Source: a virus. From it: 64,000 bases of DNA. A model generated the notes under the pieces. The model did not search any database. It was not told the DNA's origin and was given only the letters and a program-made list of their open reading frames with translations. Numbering within the stretch: position 1 is the first letter of the stretch; every line of letters starts with the position of its first letter. A program made the translations under genes and the position numbers. Shown here piece after piece: positions 38,191 through 47,622 of this stretch. The DNA lies in the IMG/VR virus record IMGVR_UViG_3300024344_003321, positions 1 to 64,000 of that record. One strand, given 5' to 3'.

Positions 38191-39534
38191 ATGATAGATT
38201 TACCATTACCTGAAGGGGTAAAAATAAAAGATTGGTACCCTGTGTTTGGTAACAAAACTGTTAGGTGTAAGAAATTTAATAGGAGGACATGTTGGGAAAA
38301 ATCAGATTTTCAAAAATGGTTGGTAGCATTAGGTAGGGGGCATGTTATAAACCCATTGATTTATGTTCATATTGATAGTTGTGTAAATTCTTGTTTAAGA
38401 GAAGGTAAACTTGATGATGTAAAATATTTTGAGGATTATAAAAAACAAGGTTATGATTATATTACCCTCGAAGGTGGTAATAGGCATGATTCTACTGAGA
38501 AAATATATGAGGTAACTCCTGAATTCCATAATAAAAGAATTAATATAGCATTAGTTGATGGTATAGACAGAGAAGAAATGCACGAGCTTTATTTGAATTT
38601 AGCAAGTGGTAAATCTCCAAATGACCAAGAAAGACGAACTGGTATATATGGGGTAGTATCTGATGTTGTGCGAAAAGTATCTGAGCGATTAATCTCCATG
38701 TGGGATAAAGTTAATGGGATAACACGACCAAGAATGAAGGATGATGAAATGGTGGCAATGATAATGAATTATGTTACTAATAATAGTTTCGGGACACACC
38801 CGCTTACAGGAAAAACTCGTACAGAAACCCTTGATTCTTTATATGAAACAAATGAATATAATTCTAAATTATTTAATTATGTTACTGAAAGTCTAAAAGC
38901 TTTTTGGGAGAGGGTGCGGGATGACGAAATTGTCACTAAAAAACAACCAAAAGTAGTAATTTATTTATTAACGATATTATTTTCTCATTTTAAAAATAAA
39001 TATAAAATAGTTAATGAGAAAAAATTTATTAAAGAATTTTTTGATTATTTTAATGATATATATAATTTTGATTATAAGGAGGGTACAACAGAAACACGGG
39101 TTAGGTTAAAATTAAGTGGGACACATTATACATATAAGAATTTATTAGGTAATATGTTAAAAAACTTAGGTGTACTTAATGAGGTGGAATATTTAGTTAG
39201 GTCAGAACTTATACCAAAATTAGAAACTGCTAGTGTTATTAAACCAATTAATATGGAAGAATTTACATTTAAACACCGTAAAGAATATATAGGATTGCAT
39301 AAATTTGACAAGCATGGTAATATATATGTCAAAGTTAGAACTAATAATCCAAAGTTAGATTGGTTTCCTGGGCAACCAGAGTTTACAGATATTAGTTTAA
39401 CGGAATCATTTTCAAATAAATATGAATTAGACCATATTATTCCTAAATCAAAAAATGGGCCTACTTCAATAGAAAATGCAGAATTAACATCTAAAGAGTA
39501 TAACAGAAAAAAATATAATATAGAGGTAAAATGA
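38191..39534 (+). CDS. GmrSD-like protein: DUF262/ParB-like N-terminus plus C-terminal HNH nuclease
   Basis: LEGGNRH (DGxxR-like), LYLNLASGKSPNDQERR; ELDHIIPKSKNGPTSIENAELTSKEYNRKK. Confidence 0.6.
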   Translation: MIDLPLPEGVKIKDWYPVFGNKTVRCKKFNRRTCWEKSDFQKWLVALGRGHVINPLIYVHIDSCVNSCLREGKLDDVKYFEDYKKQGYDYITLEGGNRHDSTEKIYEVTPEFHNKRINIALVDGIDREEMHELYLNLASGKSPNDQERRTGIYGVVSDVVRKVSERLISMWDKVNGITRPRMKDDEMVAMIMNYVTNNSFGTHPLTGKTRTETLDSLYETNEYNSKLFNYVTESLKAFWERVRDDEIVTKKQPKVVIYLLTILFSHFKNKYKIVNEKKFIKEFFDYFNDIYNFDYKEGTTETRVRLKLSGTHYTYKNLLGNMLKNLGVLNEVEYLVRSELIPKLETASVIKPINMEEFTFKHRKEYIGLHKFDKHGNIYVKVRTNNPKLDWFPGQPEFTDISLTESFSNKYELDHIIPKSKNGPTSIENAELTSKEYNRKKYNIEVK

Positions 39535-39878
39535 AAACAAACATAATAGTTACATTACAAGTTGAGGGAGTACATAATTGGCCAAACGCTAAGAATGTAT
39601 TTCCAGAAGTGGCTTTTTTATCGAGAGCACATAGGCATATATTTCATATAACAGCTAAAAAAAGAGTAAATCACGATGATAGGGATGTTGAATTTATCAT
39701 GTTCAAACGGGATATATTAGATTATATGAAAAATAAATATTGGAGAGAGGTCATACGAGCTTATGACTTTAAATCAAAAAGTTGTGAAATGATAGCTAAA
39801 GAAATAGTCAATCGATTTAATTTAGAATATTGCTCAGTATTTGAAGATAACGAAAATGGAGCTGAGGTCTATGTCTAA
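39531..39878 (+). CDS. QueD-paralogous T-fold protein (DpdL-like, putative CDG decarboxylase)
   Basis: EGVHNWP, LSRAHRHIFH (LxxxHRHxF), SCEMIA, VFEDNENGA; sits inside the folE/queD/queE cluster. Confidence 0.6.
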   Translation: MKTNIIVTLQVEGVHNWPNAKNVFPEVAFLSRAHRHIFHITAKKRVNHDDRDVEFIMFKRDILDYMKNKYWREVIRAYDFKSKSCEMIAKEIVNRFNLEYCSVFEDNENGAEVYV

Positions 39879-40278
39879 TAGAAAATATTTACCAACATTA
39901 GCTGAATTAGTGGATAGATTATCGATTATCCAATTAAAGGAAGTTTTTATTGTAGAACATAAAGATGAATATGCAAAAGAGATAGCTGCTATTGTCCATG
40001 ATATTGATGTGATATTAGATGATGAGAATGTAAAGTTAAGTGGCAAAGATGTTAGAGCTATTATAGTGTTATCGCAAATGAATTTACATATATGGCATAA
40101 TGAAACACAATATCGTGCAGGAACAGGTGATGGGAATCTCGGATTAACACATGGACTAAATGGTATCAGAAATACTGCAAAGAATATAATACAGGATAAT
40201 ATTGGTGGTAGGAAAGATTATAAAATTGATTGTATTGCTGCAGAATTTAAAGATTGGGAGATAAGCTGGAGTGAGTAA
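39871..40278 (+). CDS. Helical hypothetical protein (DUF4254/DUF6165-like)
   Basis: TLAELVDRLSIIQLK, NLHIWHNE, NGIRNTAKNII. Confidence 0.5.
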   Translation: MSNRKYLPTLAELVDRLSIIQLKEVFIVEHKDEYAKEIAAIVHDIDVILDDENVKLSGKDVRAIIVLSQMNLHIWHNETQYRAGTGDGNLGLTHGLNGIRNTAKNIIQDNIGGRKDYKIDCIAAEFKDWEISWSE

Positions 40279-41017
40279 AGTTTTAGTTATAGGTGACAGC
40301 TGTAGAGATATTTTTATATATGGGGATATAGAAAGAGTTTCACCTGAAGCTCCAATTCCTGTATTTAAACCAACGCATGAATCTGAAAATGATGGTATGT
40401 CGGCAAATGTAGTTAAGAACTTAGAGGCATTAGGGTGTACAGCTGAGATATTGACAAATGAAAACGATATAAAAAAGATTAGGTATGTCCATACAGCATC
40501 AAATCAAATGGTTCTCCGAGTTGATGAACATGATTATTGCAGAAGGATACATGAACAAGAGCTTAAGTATGTCAATGATTGGGCTGATACTTTTGATGCA
40601 ATCATAATATCAGATTATTGTAAAGGGTTTTTAACTGAGGATGACATAGAATTTATATGTTCTAAGTCAGATAATGTTTTCATTGATACTAAAAAATTGT
40701 TAGGTGATTGGATTATTAACGCAAAATTTATAAAAATAAATGATTTGGAGCATAAAAAAAATTATGAGCGGATACCAAATTATCCACACCTCAATGATAA
40801 ATTAATTGTTACTCGTGGTGGTAATGGATGTGATTATAAAAATACGAATTATCCAGTCCCAGAGGTATCAGTAAAAGATGTATCTGGTGCAGGTGATACA
40901 TTTTTATCTGGGTTAGTATCTGAATATATTAAAACAAAGGATATCGTCCAATCGATAAAATTTGCACAAAAATGTACAACTGCAGTAGTACAAAAACATG
41001 GAGTTTCAACTATATGA
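40271..41017 (+). CDS. PfkB-family sugar kinase (HldA/RfaE domain I-like)
   Basis: VLVIGDSCRD, RVSPEAPIPV, SDYCKG, DVSGAGDTF. Confidence 0.85.
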   Translation: MSKVLVIGDSCRDIFIYGDIERVSPEAPIPVFKPTHESENDGMSANVVKNLEALGCTAEILTNENDIKKIRYVHTASNQMVLRVDEHDYCRRIHEQELKYVNDWADTFDAIIISDYCKGFLTEDDIEFICSKSDNVFIDTKKLLGDWIINAKFIKINDLEHKKNYERIPNYPHLNDKLIVTRGGNGCDYKNTNYPVPEVSVKDVSGAGDTFLSGLVSEYIKTKDIVQSIKFAQKCTTAVVQKHGVSTI

Positions 41018-41307
41018 TAATATATGTGGATATTGATGGTACAATCTGTCATACTGAAAATTCGGATTATGATAATTCAAAGCCAAGATATAATCAAATT
41101 TTAAAAATAAATGAATTATATAGTGATGGACATGAAATAGTATATTGGACTGCTCGTGGGGGCACGACTGGTATAGATTGGAGTAAACATACAAAAAAAC
41201 AGATAGATGAATGGGGCTGTAAATATACACGGATAGAAACGCAGAAAAAACCATCATTTGATTTGTTTATAGATGATAAATCAAAACGAATAGAGGAGTT
41301 AGCTTGA
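41014..41307 (+). CDS. Small HAD-superfamily phosphatase
   Basis: YVDIDGTIC, WTAR, KP..DLFIDDK. Confidence 0.8.
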   Translation: MIIYVDIDGTICHTENSDYDNSKPRYNQILKINELYSDGHEIVYWTARGGTTGIDWSKHTKKQIDEWGCKYTRIETQKKPSFDLFIDDKSKRIEELA

Positions 41308-41681
41308 GTCATAAAATAAAACCAACAGTATGTGAGGGGTGCACAGTCCCAAAAGGTTGGGGAGAAGAGCTTATCATAGAAAATAATGAAATGTATTGTG
41401 GTAAGATATTGAAATTTAAAAAAGGGTGTAAGTTTTCAATGCATTACCATCTAATTAAGGATGAAACTTGGTATGTCCAAGAAGGTGAATTTAGATATAG
41501 ATGGATTGATACTGAAACTGCAGAACTACATGGCATTAAACTTAAAGAAGGTGATGTAGTTAGACAACGAATCGGGCAACCACATCAATTGATAGCTGAA
41601 ACAGATGGAACTATATTTGAAGTTTCAACACAGCATTTTGATGATGACAGCTACAGAATTTTACCGGGAGATAGTCAGTGA
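41304..41681 (+). CDS. Cupin-fold sugar isomerase-like protein
   Basis: KGWGEE, YCGKIL, FSMHYH..KDETWYV, PHQL, EVST. Confidence 0.75.
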   Translation: MSHKIKPTVCEGCTVPKGWGEELIIENNEMYCGKILKFKKGCKFSMHYHLIKDETWYVQEGEFRYRWIDTETAELHGIKLKEGDVVRQRIGQPHQLIAETDGTIFEVSTQHFDDDSYRILPGDSQ

Positions 41682-42067
41682 TGAGAATTTGGACAAACGG
41701 TTGTTTTGATGTGTTGCATAGAGGACATATAGAATTATTTAAATATGCTAGGTCGCTGGGAGATGAATTGATAGTAGGGGTGGATACAGATAGTAAGGTC
41801 AAAAAAGATAAAGGAGTAGATAGACCATTCAATACTTTGGCTGATAGGATGGCAGTTTTAAATTCCCTTATTTATGTGGATAAAGTGATTCCATTTGATA
41901 CCACAGATGAATTAAAAGATACAATAAAATGGCTGAAACCACATATTATGGTTATAGGTTCTGATTGGAAAGGTAAGGATGTGATTGGAAGACGGTATGC
42001 CGAAAAGGTAATATTTTTTGATAGAATTAGTGGATATTCAACAACTATGATTTTGGAGAATAAATGA
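41678..42067 (+). CDS. Cytidylyl/adenylyltransferase (HldC/RfaE domain II-like)
   Basis: NGCFDVLHRGH (HxGH), KGVDRPFN, GSDW, YSTT. Confidence 0.88.
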   Translation: MMRIWTNGCFDVLHRGHIELFKYARSLGDELIVGVDTDSKVKKDKGVDRPFNTLADRMAVLNSLIYVDKVIPFDTTDELKDTIKWLKPHIMVIGSDWKGKDVIGRRYAEKVIFFDRISGYSTTMILENK

Positions 42068-43071
42068 GTAAAATAATTTATTTACCAGTTGAACATCCGG
42101 GTGGGGCAGACGATGTTAGGAATAATAGCACATACGATACATATATAACAGATTATTTAACTCAGAATGATAAGGAATATATTAGGATATATCCAAATAT
42201 TCCACACCCAACAAGTTTAAAGGCTGGAAGTTTTCTTGATGCAGAGTTTACTATTAGATTTAAGAGTGCACAACTCGCAGAAATAGCAAGATTATATCGT
42301 GATGATGTGATTGTTTCTGGTGATATAATATGGAGTGCTGATTTGTGGCACCCAGGTATTGAAAGTATTGCTTACATGAATTATTTTGCTAAGAAGGATG
42401 TTAAAATTAGAGGTATGTTACATGCCGGTAGCTTCACTGATACGGATTTTGTACGGGATTTAGAGAGGTGGGCTAAAAACTTTGAGGATATAGTTTTTGA
42501 TATATCAGATAAAATTTATGTTGGTAGTGAATTTATTAAAAATGATGTTATTAAGAAGAGGATAGTTGACCCAAATAAAATGCAAGTTACTGGGTTCCCT
42601 CTCGATATAGATAAATTAAGTAAATTTCATAACAATAATAAGGAAGATATTGTTTTATTTAGTGCAAGGAATGTAGATGAAAAGCAGCCTTGGTTATTTG
42701 AAGAATTATCTAAAAGATTAAAAGGTAAAGCTAAATTCATAAATACATTAGAGCATAATTTTAGTAAAGAAGAATATTATGAATTGTTATCTAAGTCAAA
42801 GATTATAGTGAGTTATGCTTTACAAGAAAATTTTGGAGTATCAGTACAAGAAGCTGCATATTTAAATTGTGTGCCTGTTCTACCTAATAGGTTAGTTTAT
42901 CCAGAATTTTTTAGTAAAAAGCATTTATATAATACTTTTGAGGAAAGTGTTTCTATGGTAGAACATATTTTAAATAATTGGAATTTTACTGATGTGCATT
43001 GGCCAATAGAACAGATTGGCGTGAGTTGTAATTCAAATAAAAATATAATGGAGGAATGGTTTAATGCGTAA
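42064..43071 (+). CDS. GT-B (GT4-like) glycosyltransferase
   Basis: DLWHPG, HAGSF, R...EKQP, QENFGVSVQEA, PNRLVYPE. Confidence 0.75.
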   Translation: MSKIIYLPVEHPGGADDVRNNSTYDTYITDYLTQNDKEYIRIYPNIPHPTSLKAGSFLDAEFTIRFKSAQLAEIARLYRDDVIVSGDIIWSADLWHPGIESIAYMNYFAKKDVKIRGMLHAGSFTDTDFVRDLERWAKNFEDIVFDISDKIYVGSEFIKNDVIKKRIVDPNKMQVTGFPLDIDKLSKFHNNNKEDIVLFSARNVDEKQPWLFEELSKRLKGKAKFINTLEHNFSKEEYYELLSKSKIIVSYALQENFGVSVQEAAYLNCVPVLPNRLVYPEFFSKKHLYNTFEESVSMVEHILNNWNFTDVHWPIEQIGVSCNSNKNIMEEWFNA

Positions 43072-44263
43072 ATTTATTTATTTCCCATCATTTTCTGCAG
43101 GAGAATATGGTGATAAATTAAAAAAAGATTATAAGTTTAAAAATGGGCACTCGTGCCGATTTTATTCGGATGATTTTCCTGAACAATATAGACATAATCA
43201 AGTTTTAATAACAGCGGGAGCTCATTTTAAAACTGATGGTTATCGTAATTTGTTAGGACTATCTAAGGATAATTTAGTGATGGGTGACTCTGGTGGATAT
43301 CAAATAGCATCTGGTGCTATGAAGTGGGATATAAAACATAGAGATAGAATTTTTAAATGGTTAGAAGAAAATGCTGATGTTGCTATGAATTTAGATATTC
43401 CACCAAGATTGAAATATCAAGGTAAATATAGAGAATGTTTAGATATTAGCATTGATAATTTTAAATATTTTGATAAACATCAGGATGGTAGCACTAAATT
43501 TCTAAATGTAGTACAGGGTGATGATGATGTTACATACCAGAATTGGTATGACCAAGTAAAAGATTTTGAATTTTCTGGTTGGGGTGTAGGTGGTGCCGGT
43601 GGGAGTATGTATCGGTTCATGTCAGGTGTTTTAGCATTAATAAATGGTAAAGAACACCTAAAACCTAATAATGAATATTTTCATATTTTGGGAACATCGA
43701 AGATTAGAGATTTTTTAATGTTAATACAATTGCAGAAGTCACTTGAAGAGGTTGGGAGTAAAGTAACTGTTACTACGGATAGTTCGTCACCAGATAGAGC
43801 TGTAGTATTTGGGACATTCTATACTAATTTTAGTATTAAGCGGGGTACATTTGAGTCGGTTAATTTTCCCAATGCTAAGCATCAAGGGGATATAATTGAT
43901 GATTTTTTAACACTTGAAAATATGAATTGGCCAAACTTGACTAAATTTGATGATAATTTATCAAAATTTGTAGGTTGGAAAGACACAGCAGAATGGAATT
44001 CTGATTGTACAATTGGTATGAGATTACATAATTTTTTTGTATTCAAGGATGCAATACAGCAGATAACTGATTATGTATATGGTCACAATTATATTTTAGA
44101 ACAAGTTGTGGATAAAGAAGTATATACTGTTTTAATGTCAATTGATGAAATGGTCAAAAGTGATGACCCGAAGCGTGTATTTGAGAAATATAAACCATTG
44201 TATTCTAAATTTAGTAATATGAAAAAAACAATAATAAATAACAGTGCGGGGTTTTGGGAATGA
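43064..44263 (+). CDS. dpdA: TGT-fold deazaguanine transglycosylase (DpdA-like)
   Basis: MGDSGGYQ, NLDIPP, VVQG, GWGVGG, HILG, TDSSS, LHN appear in TGT motif order; same operon as folE/queD/queE. Confidence 0.75.
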   Translation: MRKFIYFPSFSAGEYGDKLKKDYKFKNGHSCRFYSDDFPEQYRHNQVLITAGAHFKTDGYRNLLGLSKDNLVMGDSGGYQIASGAMKWDIKHRDRIFKWLEENADVAMNLDIPPRLKYQGKYRECLDISIDNFKYFDKHQDGSTKFLNVVQGDDDVTYQNWYDQVKDFEFSGWGVGGAGGSMYRFMSGVLALINGKEHLKPNNEYFHILGTSKIRDFLMLIQLQKSLEEVGSKVTVTTDSSSPDRAVVFGTFYTNFSIKRGTFESVNFPNAKHQGDIIDDFLTLENMNWPNLTKFDDNLSKFVGWKDTAEWNSDCTIGMRLHNFFVFKDAIQQITDYVYGHNYILEQVVDKEVYTVLMSIDEMVKSDDPKRVFEKYKPLYSKFSNMKKTIINNSAGFWE

Positions 44264-44301
44264 TGGATCCAATGTCAATAATGGATCCAATAATGCATCC
44301 A
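44263..44301 (+). repeat. Three short imperfect direct repeats ATG(G/C)ATCCA
   Basis: ATGGATCCAAT at 44263 and 44281; ATGCATCCA at 44293. Confidence 0.6.
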
Positions 44302-44340
44302 GAGCGCCGAATTAATAATATAAAACAAGGAAATAATAGT

Positions 44341-45063
44341 ATGGATAAAAATAAAATAGATAGATTTATAACAAAATATTCTTTAGCTGGTAACGCTAAT
44401 TCAGTTAAATGGAAATTTACTGATAATAGGTTAGTAACATCATTTGTAACTGAGGATAGAAGTTTATTGGGTCAAGTAACAGTTGATAATTTTGACTTTG
44501 AGGAATGTGAATTGGGGGTTTATGCAACAGACCAATTGCAAAAATTATTAAGTGTACTTAGTGACAGCGTAAAACTATCTTTAAATAAATTTGGTGATAA
44601 GCCACTTTCATTAGGAATTAAAAATGATTTTGTCGCAGTGGACTTTGTGTTATCAGATTTATCGGTTATACCAGAACCACCTAAAATGAAAAAAATACCA
44701 GACTTTAAAACTAAAATTAAAATGGATACTGCTTTTATATCTGCATTTATTAAAGGTAAATCTGCATTACCAGATTCAACATCATTTACAGTAACAGGTA
44801 CCAATGATGGTGATTGTAAAATAGTTATAGGGTATTCCAATACAACTACAAATAGAGTTAGCTTAGATGTAGAATGTTCAAACTGTGATTTAGATGAAAA
44901 TGTATCATTTAATGCAGATTTATTTAAGGAAATTTTAAGTGCAAATAAAGAATGTACTGATGCTGTTCTTGAAGTTTCAAATGATGGTCTTGCTAAGATA
45001 AATTTTAAAATAGACGATTTTGATGCAGTTTATTATATGGTAGCTAACCAAGAGGATGAGTAA
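44341..45063 (+). CDS. Sliding clamp (gp45/PCNA-like)
   Basis: About 240 aa acidic alpha/beta protein (LGVY...QLQKLL, EVSNDGLAKINF) directly before the clamp loader; upstream in-frame ATGs at 44254-44293 are possible. Confidence 0.7.
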   Translation: MDKNKIDRFITKYSLAGNANSVKWKFTDNRLVTSFVTEDRSLLGQVTVDNFDFEECELGVYATDQLQKLLSVLSDSVKLSLNKFGDKPLSLGIKNDFVAVDFVLSDLSVIPEPPKMKKIPDFKTKIKMDTAFISAFIKGKSALPDSTSFTVTGTNDGDCKIVIGYSNTTTNRVSLDVECSNCDLDENVSFNADLFKEILSANKECTDAVLEVSNDGLAKINFKIDDFDAVYYMVANQEDE

Positions 45064-45974
45064 TGAGTGTAACGCATTCACTTTGGGTTGAAAAGTATAG
45101 GCCTAATAAATTAGATAATTATATAGGTAATGAACATTTAAAGACAAAAGTGCAGCGGTATATAGATGACCAAGATGTCCCTCACCTATTATTATATGGT
45201 AGAGCAGGTACAGGCAAAACTACTTTGGCTAAATTAGTCGTTAAGAATATTGAATGTGATTATCTTTATATAAATGCATCAGATGAAAATAATATAGATA
45301 CTGTACGGTTTAAAATAAGAGCATTTGCATCAACTGTTGGGTTTAAGGATTTAAAAGTTGTGATATTAGATGAGTGCGACTATTTAACGCCAAATGCACA
45401 GGCTGCATTAAGAAATGTAATGGAAACATTTTCAAAACATTGTAGGTTCATATTAACTTGTAATTATGTTGAACGGGTCATCGACCCAATACAATCAAGA
45501 TGCCAATCATATAAGATTGTACCACCTAAAAAATCAGATGTTGCTAGGCACATAGTAACTATATTAAACGCTGAAAAAGTCACCTATGATTTAGATGATG
45601 TAGCTACTTTGATAACTGCCGGGTACCCTGATATTAGACGAGTGTTAAACTCTATGCAAAGACAGGTAGTCGATGGAAAATTGAAGGTGGATGTTGATAC
45701 TATAATACAAAATGACTATAAAATGAAATTGTTAGAATTATTAACTACTAATGCTAGTTTAAATGATATACGACAATTAATTGCCAACAATTCTATTAGT
45801 GATTATTCTGAATTATATAGGTTATTATATGATGAGGTTGATAATTATTCTAAGGGGAATGTTGCAGAATGTATATTAGCAATAGCAGAAGGTCAATATC
45901 AAGACGTGAATGTGGTTGATAAGGAAATTAATTTTATGAGTACTATATTAAAAATACAGGAAAAAATAAGATGA
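45063..45974 (+). CDS. Clamp loader AAA+ subunit (gp44/RFC-like)
   Basis: WVEKYRP, GRAGTGKTT, INASDE, LDECD, QAALR, QSRC. Confidence 0.92.
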   Translation: MSVTHSLWVEKYRPNKLDNYIGNEHLKTKVQRYIDDQDVPHLLLYGRAGTGKTTLAKLVVKNIECDYLYINASDENNIDTVRFKIRAFASTVGFKDLKVVILDECDYLTPNAQAALRNVMETFSKHCRFILTCNYVERVIDPIQSRCQSYKIVPPKKSDVARHIVTILNAEKVTYDLDDVATLITAGYPDIRRVLNSMQRQVVDGKLKVDVDTIIQNDYKMKLLELLTTNASLNDIRQLIANNSISDYSELYRLLYDEVDNYSKGNVAECILAIAEGQYQDVNVVDKEINFMSTILKIQEKIR

Positions 45975-46156
45975 GAACTTTTGAAGTTGTAAATAATAAT
46001 GATTGTGCGGACAATACTTGGGGTGATACTGATTGTAGAAAAATTATAGTTACCTTACCCGAAGGACCATATACGGATGAGCGAATTTTAAATAAAACAG
46101 GTTATAATCCCGAAAATGTTACAATACGGGATATAACATTGGAGGAGATATTATGA
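45971..46156 (+). CDS. Hypothetical protein
   Basis: 61 aa with ATGA overlaps on both sides. Confidence 0.5.
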   Translation: MRTFEVVNNNDCADNTWGDTDCRKIIVTLPEGPYTDERILNKTGYNPENVTIRDITLEEIL

Positions 46157-46377
46157 GTAATGACTTTCAAGATTCAATGGGAATGGATATGACAAAGACC
46201 GTTGAATATACATGTGAAAAATGTAATTTTGATGTGTTTGAGGCAAAATGTAAAATAAGAAAATTGCCTGCAGATATATCACCATCTGGTGAGGATGCTA
46301 TAATACCTATGCAGGTATTTGCATGTGGTAAATGTGGCCATATTAACCAAGAATTTCAACAGGGTGAGTTTGAATAG
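46153..46377 (+). CDS. Small zinc-ribbon protein
   Basis: CEKC...CGKCGH; strong SD GGAGGAG. Confidence 0.6.
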   Translation: MSNDFQDSMGMDMTKTVEYTCEKCNFDVFEAKCKIRKLPADISPSGEDAIIPMQVFACGKCGHINQEFQQGEFE

Positions 46378-46560
46378 ATGCCGATATACACTTTTAGATG
46401 TAAATGTGGAAATGAAAAAGACATTATATGCAAGAGCTGTGATACAGAATTACGGATGTGTACTAAATGTGGATGTGGTATGAAGCGGGTAGTGAGTAAG
46501 GGTGGTTCATTTAAATTAAAGGGCAGTGGATTTTACGAAACTGACTATAAGGATAAATGA
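46378..46560 (+). CDS. FmdB-family zinc ribbon protein
   Basis: MPIYTFRC.CG...CTKCG..MKRVVS....FKLKGSGFYETDY. Confidence 0.75.
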   Translation: MPIYTFRCKCGNEKDIICKSCDTELRMCTKCGCGMKRVVSKGGSFKLKGSGFYETDYKDK

Positions 46561-46988
46561 TGACAATATTTAATTGGATAGACCAGATATTGGTTAATAA
46601 AAAATCATGGGAAAAGTTTGATGAATCTGACCATAAAACTTTCAGTCCATTTATCATAAATAGATGGTTATCAATGGATGTGGATTTTCTTGAAATAGTT
46701 AATTTTTTTCAAAAATATTCTATTGGATTGTTAAAACCTAAAGAAGTATATAAATGGTATTGTGATGTATTGCCAAAAGGTAAGAGATTTAATAAATATA
46801 TCAAGGGGAAAAAACAAGTGAAATATAATAACGATTTGATAGAAATTACATGCAAACATTTTGAAACAAGTAAAAAAGAATGTATGGAGTATATTGAATT
46901 AATGAATAAAGAACAATTAACATCATTATTAGAATTGTTTGGTAAAAATCCAAAAGAAATTAAAACATTATTAAAGGGCAAAAAGTGA
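46557..46988 (+). CDS. Clamp loader small subunit (gp62-like)
   Basis: FSPFIINRWLSM, LPKGKRFNKYIK, HFETSKKE..EY. Confidence 0.65.
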   Translation: MMTIFNWIDQILVNKKSWEKFDESDHKTFSPFIINRWLSMDVDFLEIVNFFQKYSIGLLKPKEVYKWYCDVLPKGKRFNKYIKGKKQVKYNNDLIEITCKHFETSKKECMEYIELMNKEQLTSLLELFGKNPKEIKTLLKGKK

Positions 46989-47425
46989 AACCAAAAATAA
47001 AAGTTACAAATGAAAAAGGCGAAGATGTTACTATGGACCGACTAAATATCATAGGGCAAAATGGAAATAGTGGGTTACATTATGACAAGATAGAAGATGC
47101 TATTTCATTTATAACAAAAAAATATCCAGAAACCACAAAAATGTTTCAAGATACACAATTTGAGCAATGGGAGTTATTCTGTAAAAAACAAAAAGATTAT
47201 GGGCCAAAAAATATATCAGTTGGAACTAATTTAGAAACGGATGAAGAAGTTAAATTGGCTCTAACGGGATTGTGGTTTAGAATGAATGACAAAATGCAAA
47301 GATTTCAACAAATAGTTATGAATAATCAAGAACCTGAAAATGAATCTTTAATGGATACATTTACAGATTTAGCTAATTACGCAATAATAGCACAATTAGT
47401 ACAAGAAAAAATATGGGGGAAATAA
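46985..47425 (+). CDS. DUF1599 / nucleotide-modification-associated domain protein
   Basis: KKQKDYG..NI, RMNDKMQR, ESLMDTFTDLANYAII. Confidence 0.7.
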   Translation: MKPKIKVTNEKGEDVTMDRLNIIGQNGNSGLHYDKIEDAISFITKKYPETTKMFQDTQFEQWELFCKKQKDYGPKNISVGTNLETDEEVKLALTGLWFRMNDKMQRFQQIVMNNQEPENESLMDTFTDLANYAIIAQLVQEKIWGK

Positions 47426-47622
47426 TGGATGAAGAAACAAGGTATCACACAGGTGATGTCGTTACAATAAATAATATAGATTGGATTATTGAATCTGTTA
47501 CAATGAGATTTGGTAAGATAATGAATTACGCGTTAAAATACAAAGATGAAAATGGTGATAGGGAATTTGTTAATATTGAAACGGGTTCACTTGAAACATT
47601 AATTAAATTAGGAGAGAGTTAA
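47425..47622 (+). CDS. Hypothetical SH3-like small protein
   Basis: RYHTGDVVTIN...; ORF 47413..47622. Confidence 0.45.
   Translation: MDEETRYHTGDVVTINNIDWIIESVTMRFGKIMNYALKYKDENGDREFVNIETGSLETLIKLGES

Noticed and set aside
36260-44263. Ordinary queuosine tRNA-modification pathway
   Set aside because: No queC, queF or queA in the window, and the TGT-like protein is divergent and lacks the CxCxxC zinc site of bacterial Tgt; DNA modification fits better but is unproven.
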